In this document: in pieces, positions 57,582 through 64,000 of the stretch
Position numbering within the stretch: position 1 is the first letter of the stretch
Layout: each line of letters opens with the position of its first letter
Assembly (NCBI GenBank): GCA_001784175.1
Contig: MFPR01000006.1
Coordinates: forward strand, 186,001-250,000
Direction: 5' to 3'
DNA from: Candidatus Lindowbacteria bacterium RIFCSPLOWO2_12_FULL_62_27
Lineage (GTDB): Bacteria > Lindowbacteria > 2-12-FULL-62-27
Length of the DNA: 64,000 nucleotides
Program-made: the position numbers and the translations under genes
Notes under the pieces: generated by a model
What the model was told of the DNA's origin: nothing
Databases searched by the model: none
What the model saw: the letters and a program-made list of their open reading frames with translations, nothing else

Positions 57582-59172
57582 GCCGTTCCTGCATTTTTTT
57601 CTGAAAGCTCGCCTTGAAATCCGGCAGGTTGGCCGCCAGCGCGCCGAATTCCTGTTTGCGCAGGCACAGAAGGTCCATCGACTCGGCGCACCGGACCGTC
57701 GCCCGGCGGGTCGTCTGGCCGAGGATGGCCATCTCGCCGAAATACTCGCCGGGTCCCAGGGCCGCGAGAATTTTTTCCCCGCCGCCGTCCGGCAGGACCA
57801 CTTCGGCCTTCCCTGAGAGCACGATGTAGATCTGGTCGCCGATATCGCCCTGGCGGAACACCTCTTCGCCGGGCTCGTAGTGTTCCTGCTTGATCGCGCC
57901 CGCGCCGAACACCTTGAGCTGGACGAGATCGGGCGGGAAGAAGAAGTCGAGGAACCAGGCCATGGCCACTTTGACCTTGCGGTCCAGACCCGGCAGTTTG
58001 GAAAGATAGATGACGCGCCAGAAGAGCCATGCGAGGATTCCCGAAAACCGGAAATTCACAATCTCCGCCACGCCGCTCTGATGGCCGAGAGAACACATTT
58101 TTCCCAGACCCGTGAACGCAAATTGCTTTTTCTCCCCCTCGGACCGGATGGCCCGGACGATGTTGTGGGCCGCAACAACCGCCTGCCTCATCCCGAACTG
58201 CGCCGTCGGCGGGCAGAAGCCCTTGCCGCTCGGATGCGGCACGACGGCGCAATCCCCGAGCGCCCAGACGTGGTCGGACCCCTCGACCTGCAGGTCCAGT
58301 CCGGCCTTGATGTGGCCCCGGTCTTTGGGCAGGTCCAGCTTCTCGACGATGGGGTTGGGCGAGGCCGGCACGGTTGAGATGAGGGTCCGGGTGGGAATGC
58401 GCTCTCCGGACTGCAGGATCGCCTCGGTTTTGGTGGCGGCCACGAGCCGGGTATTCATCCGGAACTCCACGCCGCGCTTCTCCATCACTCGCTGGGCAAA
58501 CCGCCCGAGTTTCTCCTCCACCTCCGGCAGGATTCGGTCCTGGGAGTGCAGGAGGATCACGCGGATGTCGGACGGCGCCACGGCATCATAGTGTTTGTCC
58601 GCGATGAGTTTCACAAAATCGTTGAGGTCCGCCGCGCACTCGACGCCCGAAAACCCGCCGCCGGCGATCACGAAGGTCAGAAGTTCCTGTCGGAGTTTCG
58701 GGTCCTCCTCGATGTCGGCCTCCTCGACGGCGCGGATGGCGTGGTTGCGGATGTAGAGGGCGTCCCCGAGGTTTTTAAACGGGATCGCGTGTTCGGGCAT
58801 CCCGGCCATGCCTTTGAAGTGCGTGACCTTCCCGAGCGCGACGACCAGGTAGTCATAGGGCACGATATGCGGCCGGGGAACGAACCCGGGGGACGTGCGA
58901 ATGGTCTTGTTTTTGAGGTCAACCTCCTCGACGTCGCGGATGTGGAGCTTGGTTTTTTTCAGAAGGCGGACCAGGGGCGTCACCGCATCCATGATCCCGA
59001 TGCTGCCGGAGATGACCTCGGCCAGCATCGGCTGGAAGACAAAATAGTTCTCGTGGTTGATGAGATGGATTTCAAAATCGTCCTTGTAGCGGAGGGCCTT
59101 CTCCAGAGTCATGGCTGCGTACACGCCGCCGAAGCCCCCGCCCAGAATCGCAACTCGCTTTCGTCCGCCCAT
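57553..59172 (-). CDS. ndh: Type II NADH dehydrogenase (NDH-2) fused to a C-terminal cyclic-nucleotide-binding domain
   Basis: ILGGGFGG, IAGGGFSGVE, WALGDCA, PPTAQ; cNMP domain VFRQGDIGD...GEYFGEMAIL...RRATV. Confidence 0.9.
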   Translation of the reverse strand: MGGRKRVAILGGGFGGVYAAMTLEKALRYKDDFEIHLINHENYFVFQPMLAEVISGSIGIMDAVTPLVRLLKKTKLHIRDVEEVDLKNKTIRTSPGFVPRPHIVPYDYLVVALGKVTHFKGMAGMPEHAIPFKNLGDALYIRNHAIRAVEEADIEEDPKLRQELLTFVIAGGGFSGVECAADLNDFVKLIADKHYDAVAPSDIRVILLHSQDRILPEVEEKLGRFAQRVMEKRGVEFRMNTRLVAATKTEAILQSGERIPTRTLISTVPASPNPIVEKLDLPKDRGHIKAGLDLQVEGSDHVWALGDCAVVPHPSGKGFCPPTAQFGMRQAVVAAHNIVRAIRSEGEKKQFAFTGLGKMCSLGHQSGVAEIVNFRFSGILAWLFWRVIYLSKLPGLDRKVKVAMAWFLDFFFPPDLVQLKVFGAGAIKQEHYEPGEEVFRQGDIGDQIYIVLSGKAEVVLPDGGGEKILAALGPGEYFGEMAILGQTTRRATVRCAESMDLLCLRKQEFGALAANLPDFKASFQKKMQERLSAGQTQTK

Positions 59173-59293
59173 TGGCGGGAAGCATACCTAAAAAAGTCAA
59201 AAAAACAACTTGCTTTGCAACAATCTTGTTGCTAACGTCGCCCCCTATGGGACGGGCCGTGGACGGTTGTGTCTGCGAGTACGGGGGGAGGTC

Positions 59294-60274
59294 GTGAGCG
59301 GCGGCATCTGGATTCCGGAAACGCCGCCGATTCCTCTGCCAATCTGGCCGGCGTTTCTTCTGGTCATCGGCCTCGTCACGCTTGCCGTGCATTTCATGCT
59401 GATCCAATCCACGCTCGCCAGTGTCCTCGTCGCGGGCCTGTCGCGCGACCATGCGCAGGTGGTTCTGGCGCGCGCGCCGATCCTGGTGGCGTTCTTGATC
59501 AATTTCGGTATCCCGCCGCTCCTCGTGGTTCAGGCGCTCTACGGTTCCTTTTTCTATTCCGGCTCGATCCTCATCGCGGGCCCGTGGCTGGCGGTGGTGT
59601 TTCTGCTCATGGGGTCCTACGCGCTCGTGTATTTCGCGCGATACACCAGCCGGCTCGATTATTCGCGCTGGGCGAGCCTTCTCTCCGCGGCCGGCATCCT
59701 GACGATCGCCTTCATTTACTCCAACGTCATGTCCTGGATGATCCATCCGGGCGCATGGGGCGAAGCCTATCAGTCGGCCGGATCGCACTGGTATCCCCGG
59801 ACGGCCGAGGCGACCCTGCGCTGGGCGTGGATTCTGGGGCCGGCGCTCTGCTGGATGGGCTATTTCTGGCCGGCGCGATTCCGGCCGTTGTTTTTCACGG
59901 GTCTCATCGTGAGCGGCGTGGCGTTTGCGGGTCTGCTCTCCGTCGCGCAGTATCCGTTGACGGGCGGTCAGAAATTATATCAGTGGGCGGCCCTGGGCAT
60001 TCTGGCGGTGGTCGGCGTGGCGGGCGTCGACGCCGGCGGGAAGCTTCGGTGTCAAGTGATGCCGATCGTCGCGCTGGCGCTGGACGCCGCGTCGAAGGTC
60101 CTGACGCGGCACTGGATCCGGGAATCGCAGATCCGCGACCTGCACAACATCTGGACGCTGCCGGTGCAGATCCAGCCGTCGGTCGTGGCCGTCACGATCG
60201 GGTCTCTCGTGTTGTTTGTGGGCTTGGGCCTCTGGATGTGGAACGTCGTCCGGAAGGAAGGCGTGGCGCTCTAG
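59294..60274 (+). CDS. Multi-TM membrane protein upstream of Rieske (family seen beside cytochrome genes)
   Basis: About 8-9 TMs; TLAVHFML, INFGIPPLLVVQALYG; SD GGGGAGG before GTG 59294. Confidence 0.65.
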   Translation: MSGGIWIPETPPIPLPIWPAFLLVIGLVTLAVHFMLIQSTLASVLVAGLSRDHAQVVLARAPILVAFLINFGIPPLLVVQALYGSFFYSGSILIAGPWLAVVFLLMGSYALVYFARYTSRLDYSRWASLLSAAGILTIAFIYSNVMSWMIHPGAWGEAYQSAGSHWYPRTAEATLRWAWILGPALCWMGYFWPARFRPLFFTGLIVSGVAFAGLLSVAQYPLTGGQKLYQWAALGILAVVGVAGVDAGGKLRCQVMPIVALALDAASKVLTRHWIRESQIRDLHNIWTLPVQIQPSVVAVTIGSLVLFVGLGLWMWNVVRKEGVAL

Positions 60275-60299
60275 GTATGGATGGCCGAGCTATAACTAC

Positions 60300-60413
60300 T
60301 CACCTCCTCTCCCCCCGGAGGGGGGAGAGGATTGAGGTGAGGGGGGCGGGGGGCCGCGCCGGAAGTCTGCCACCCTCACCCCAACCCTCTCCCGCCAGAG
60401 GCGGGAGAGGGGG
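60300..60413. repeat. REPIN-like doublet, second copy (20-nt spacer)
   Basis: Arms match 54088-54203 except one loop base; the spacer is unrelated. Confidence 0.9.
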
Positions 60414-60427
60414 GGGCGGGGAGGAAC

Positions 60428-60856
60428 ATGGACCGCCGAAAATGGATCGACTGGGCGATCAAGGGCATCACCGGACTCTACGGCATGGCCATCGCCTATC
60501 CGCTCGTGCGGTTCCTCCACAGCGGCGAGGGCGAAGCGGAGGAGAAGGTCACGCAGATCAAGCTGGAGAAAAACGTGGTGCCGGAGCCCGGCACGTCCAA
60601 GATTTTCAAATTCGGATCCAAACCCGCCATCATCATCAAACGCCCGGACGGCGCCGTCCACGCGCTCTTGGCGACCTGCAGCCACCTCGGCTGCACGGTC
60701 GATTACGACAAGAAGGAAGACAAAATCGCCTGCGCCTGTCACGGCGGCCGCTACGACGCCTCCACCGGCGCCAACATCTCCGGCCCCCCGCCCGCGCCGC
60801 TCAAGCCGCTGAAGCTGGAAGAAAAGGACGACGGTTATTACGTCGGGGTGGTGTGA
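60428..60856 (+). CDS. Rieske 2Fe-2S subunit of a cytochrome bc-type complex
   Basis: Tat-like DRRKW + TM; CSHLGC and CACHGG. Confidence 0.95.
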   Translation: MDRRKWIDWAIKGITGLYGMAIAYPLVRFLHSGEGEAEEKVTQIKLEKNVVPEPGTSKIFKFGSKPAIIIKRPDGAVHALLATCSHLGCTVDYDKKEDKIACACHGGRYDASTGANISGPPPAPLKPLKLEEKDDGYYVGVV

Positions 60857-60862
60857 GACGGG

Positions 60863-62572
60863 ATGAACATAGCCACATTCGTTGCGTTGAAGTGGCGATT
60901 CCCTGTGGTCTTGCCACAGGGTCTCCTTGGATCGGCCATCTGGCGTATTCTGGGGCTGTCGGTTTCCTTGATTATATTTCTTATCGCAGTACCTCTCACG
61001 TGGGCGGCACATCGGATTGTCGGAGGCGCACCAGTGGGCCTCATTGAACACAATTGTGACCTCTCCATCAAAACGGGCGATGTCGATACCGCAGCGGCCG
61101 ATGAAATATCGTCCTATCTTATTGCCGGCGATTGGACATTCTCGTTTGTCCGTACAGGGGAACTCCTCAAGCGGATATCAAAAACAATCAATCCGGGGCT
61201 AAACCCCTATACATTCGATTGGACGCCGACCCCGCCTGCGACATTTCCGGAGGCGTGTGCGTTTAAGGGGGCGATCGTTGGGATCCAAATTGGCGACCGG
61301 TTTAGGTTTGGCGGGCCGTGTGTGGTGGATGCGAATGTGCTTGAAGAATATCCGCTCTATTTGATCATGCCGACGGCCAGCGGAGACGTCGTTGAGGAGT
61401 TTCCGCTATTTGGTGAAATTTTGTCCAACGGAAGCGAACTCTATGTCAGAAAAGAATCCGCGCCGGGAGTCTTTACGCCGCATCGGTTCAACATTGGAGG
61501 TGACGCGCTCATTACAACCGGAGCATTTGGGCACGGGTTGAGCGGACCCGGCGAATTCGACGATCCTAGCCAGTTCAATCCTGTTGCCTTGATGTTTTTG
61601 GATCCGGGATTGTACGAGGTCGAACTCGTCTGGTATATGCCGAAGCCTCCTACGTTCGTGGGCAAAGAGAAAATCAGCAGCGAAATCAAGCTGATCGACG
61701 TTCAAGTAAACCGCACGCCTTTGCAGGTGGTCCCTGAAGAAGCCAGAGAAGTAACGTACACCATCAACCCCAAAATCGATGCGCATCTAAACAGGCTGGC
61801 TTTTTTGGTCGAGCGCCGGAAGGGAAGCGGGGGACATGATCGCGAGCACCACACGCCGTCGTTGCCGGAAACACCGGAATGGGAAGTGATGGATGGAACA
61901 CAGGACAACACGAACACACATCCCACAGGCACGGTGGAAAGCCCGCTTATCGTTTCACGGCAGAGCACAGGTACGAAGAAATATCAAGCAAGCAAATTTG
62001 GGGGTCTGGAGCGGGCCAGAATTTTTGGAGTGCCGCCCAGTTTCCCATCCGTGTCTACTCAAAAGGACCTAAAGGACGAACTCGACCGTCAGAAAGGTCA
62101 AGTCTGCCAATTGGGATCCGTCGAGATCGAGGTTAAGGTGCCGGACCTCGAATTACTGCCGGATGCGCCGGACCCGGATGATTACGAAAAGATTGGTGGT
62201 ACTCCCGAACACCTTGGCCCACCATCATCGACAACGGACAATAACCACTGGGGGAAGCCCAGTGTAATTCAGGCTTTAAAGGACATAGCTGCCGCTTACG
62301 ATCTGATCCCCTTCTTGGGACCAATTAAATATAATGACATTAGCCTGCCGTGGGGTGGTGGTTTCGATGTGGACGGAAATTGGGGAGCAGATTTGGCGGC
62401 AAGCAATCACAGCGGCCATCGCATAGGGAAGGCCGCCGATGTACGATCCGACCCACCCAATTCTGATGGAATTTCATTGAGTGGACCGTTGGCATGGTCG
62501 CTCAAGGGTATCGTGAGTTACTACGGCGGAGAAGCAAAAGATCATGGCAATCACTGGCATCTGAAATTCTAA
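60863..62572 (+). CDS. Exported protein with C-terminal MepA-like (LAS) Zn murein endopeptidase domain
   Basis: N-terminal hydrophobic segment; HWG...NDISLPWGG, HSGHRIGKAAD (H-x6-D), terminal HWH. Confidence 0.65.
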   Translation: MNIATFVALKWRFPVVLPQGLLGSAIWRILGLSVSLIIFLIAVPLTWAAHRIVGGAPVGLIEHNCDLSIKTGDVDTAAADEISSYLIAGDWTFSFVRTGELLKRISKTINPGLNPYTFDWTPTPPATFPEACAFKGAIVGIQIGDRFRFGGPCVVDANVLEEYPLYLIMPTASGDVVEEFPLFGEILSNGSELYVRKESAPGVFTPHRFNIGGDALITTGAFGHGLSGPGEFDDPSQFNPVALMFLDPGLYEVELVWYMPKPPTFVGKEKISSEIKLIDVQVNRTPLQVVPEEAREVTYTINPKIDAHLNRLAFLVERRKGSGGHDREHHTPSLPETPEWEVMDGTQDNTNTHPTGTVESPLIVSRQSTGTKKYQASKFGGLERARIFGVPPSFPSVSTQKDLKDELDRQKGQVCQLGSVEIEVKVPDLELLPDAPDPDDYEKIGGTPEHLGPPSSTTDNNHWGKPSVIQALKDIAAAYDLIPFLGPIKYNDISLPWGGGFDVDGNWGADLAASNHSGHRIGKAADVRSDPPNSDGISLSGPLAWSLKGIVSYYGGEAKDHGNHWHLKF

Positions 62573-63657
62573 TGAACACCTTAAAAATTAATCTCGGTGT
62601 GTTTGTTGTAGGACTTTTTTTAATTTCACCCTCCTATGGCGATCACCTCGGCCCCGTTGATTTAAGCAGGATGCGCGTAGTCCACAGCGATGCTACCGAT
62701 TCGTTCAAATTCTTCTTAGACCCTGTCAGTGGAAACTATTTCGTTGAATATTTCGAGTTGGGTTCATCGGGGCAACTTGCCCGGGAAATCGCTCTCGTCG
62801 AACCGACAAACAAAGTCTCGCCCAAAACGAAAGTGGATATTACGCGAATGAATGCCGGATCATTCTCATATGAGTATACGGTGGAGAATGGACAGGACGC
62901 CAAACAACGTATCATCATGTTTAAGTTGTCATTCTCTAGAGATGTAACACTAAAAAACAGCGAAGGTCCCCTTGCTTGGCTGTCTCTACCTCAGAAAAAA
63001 GATGATGACCTCAACAACCGCGTCGGTTGGGTAAATATCAATCTTGTCGAAAGTTTTTTTGGTTTGGCCCCCGGCGAATCAAAACGCGGATTTAGAGTAG
63101 AAGCTGATTATTTACCTGGCATCATCAATGCTTCATATTCCGGCGCGGGTGTAGAAAAAAATGCCGAAGGAAGAGCCCTGAGTAATTGGTTTCCACACGA
63201 AATTTCCGAAAATCTTGAAGGGAAGATTGACGCTCTGTTAAATAATGACACCAATAAATTCACCGTCCGCAAAACGGTTGGGCCAATGAAACCAATTCCA
63301 ACTGATGCCGGTTTCATCTGCGACACGTTCATCCTCGACCTGATCGGCCAAGTACGCGAAGCGGTCACGGCGGGCTGGATCAAGCACGACCTGCGGAAAG
63401 ACCGGGACGAGGATGACGACGACGGCGACGAATCCGACCTATCCAATCCGGACAAGCAGTTGCCCGGCGTGGCAAAGTCGATCATCCGGAAGCTGACGAA
63501 GGTGCGGCGCGAGTGCATGCGCGGAAAATTCGGCAACGCGCGGGAGAAACTGCGGACGCTGATCCGTCAGGTGAACGCGCAGCGCGGGAAGCATTTGACC
63601 GAGGAATCCTACGCGCTGATCAAATTCAACACTGAGTTTTTGCTGGAGAAGCTTTGA
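62572..63657 (+). CDS. Secreted hypothetical protein with C-terminal FIMAH-like helical domain
   Basis: Signal peptide; GWIK...GVAKSIIRKL...LIRQVNAQRGKHLTEESYALIKFN; start overlaps the upstream stop. Confidence 0.65.
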   Translation: MNTLKINLGVFVVGLFLISPSYGDHLGPVDLSRMRVVHSDATDSFKFFLDPVSGNYFVEYFELGSSGQLAREIALVEPTNKVSPKTKVDITRMNAGSFSYEYTVENGQDAKQRIIMFKLSFSRDVTLKNSEGPLAWLSLPQKKDDDLNNRVGWVNINLVESFFGLAPGESKRGFRVEADYLPGIINASYSGAGVEKNAEGRALSNWFPHEISENLEGKIDALLNNDTNKFTVRKTVGPMKPIPTDAGFICDTFILDLIGQVREAVTAGWIKHDLRKDRDEDDDDGDESDLSNPDKQLPGVAKSIIRKLTKVRRECMRGKFGNAREKLRTLIRQVNAQRGKHLTEESYALIKFNTEFLLEKL

Positions 63658-64000
63658 TGAACGTCAAGGAATGGCTCAACCGGTTCCTCGAAGAGCGTCT
63701 GCCCGTGAAGGAAATGAAGGACCTGTCGGCCCACAAGCTGGTGCCGGAGCACAAGCAGGCGGTGTGGTACTATTTCGGCGGCATCTCCCTGTTCTTTTTC
63801 ATCATTCTCGTCTTCACCGGCATGGTCCTGCTGTTTCAGTATCAGCCCGGTCTCGAGAGCAGTCACGCGTCGGTGTTGCGGATCGTCACCAAAGTCGATT
63901 TTGGCTGGCTGATCCGGTCGGTCCACTCGTGGGCGGCGAACCTCATGCTGGTGGCGGTGTTCATTCACATGTTTTCGGTCTATTTCATGAAGGCCTACCA
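63657..64000 (+). CDS. Cytochrome b / b6 subunit (3' truncated by window edge; absent from the ORF track)
   Basis: Manual translation: MNVKEWL...WYYFGGISLFFFIILVFTG...GWLIRSVHSWAANLMLVAVFIHMFSVYFMKAY, with heme-ligand His residues. Confidence 0.93.
   Translation, partial: MNVKEWLNRFLEERLPVKEMKDLSAHKLVPEHKQAVWYYFGGISLFFFIILVFTGMVLLFQYQPGLESSHASVLRIVTKVDFGWLIRSVHSWAANLMLVAVFIHMFSVYFMKAY

Noticed and set aside
63609-63968. Minus-strand 119-aa ORF at the window end
   Set aside because: Antisense to the clear cytochrome b frame starting at 63657

Overview
A gene-dense, high-GC window from a diderm bacterium (Kdo genes present; the lineage cannot be assigned from sequence alone). Left: an rpoN-hpf-ptsN-hprK-rapZ-yvcK operon that continues into a full mannose-class PTS (IIA-IID, HPr, EI) and three unknown genes. 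Middle (about 12.5-43.5 kb) is accessory and has four parts: (a) five paralogous MshEN-like/HDOD fusion proteins, three REC-STAS paralogs, a solo HDOD protein, a receiver and a PAS hybrid kinase; (b) a surface-glycan/protein-sorting operon with a degenerate REC-GGDEF, a HEAT protein, a processive GT2, a TPR beta-barrel, a tiny APELPG-tailed protein, an exosortase, an EpsI-glycosidase fusion and a CBM-like/TIM-barrel protein; (c) an SSS symporter and a GH94-like phosphorylase; (d) a DUF559 endonuclease gene bracketed by inverted palindromic repeats. The same repeat family also occurs as two gene-less doublets and as an in-frame insertion inside a CDS. Right: ferredoxin, a MerR-like gene, spoVG, pyrG-kdsA-kdsD-kdsC, nuoABCD, fused nuoEF, nuoG, an NDH-2/cNMP-binding fusion, and a Rieske/cytochrome b operon split by an AT-richer two-gene cassette (MepA-like peptidase plus partner). 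No rRNA, tRNA or CRISPR array was seen. All family calls rest on motif recognition by eye; no database searches were run.
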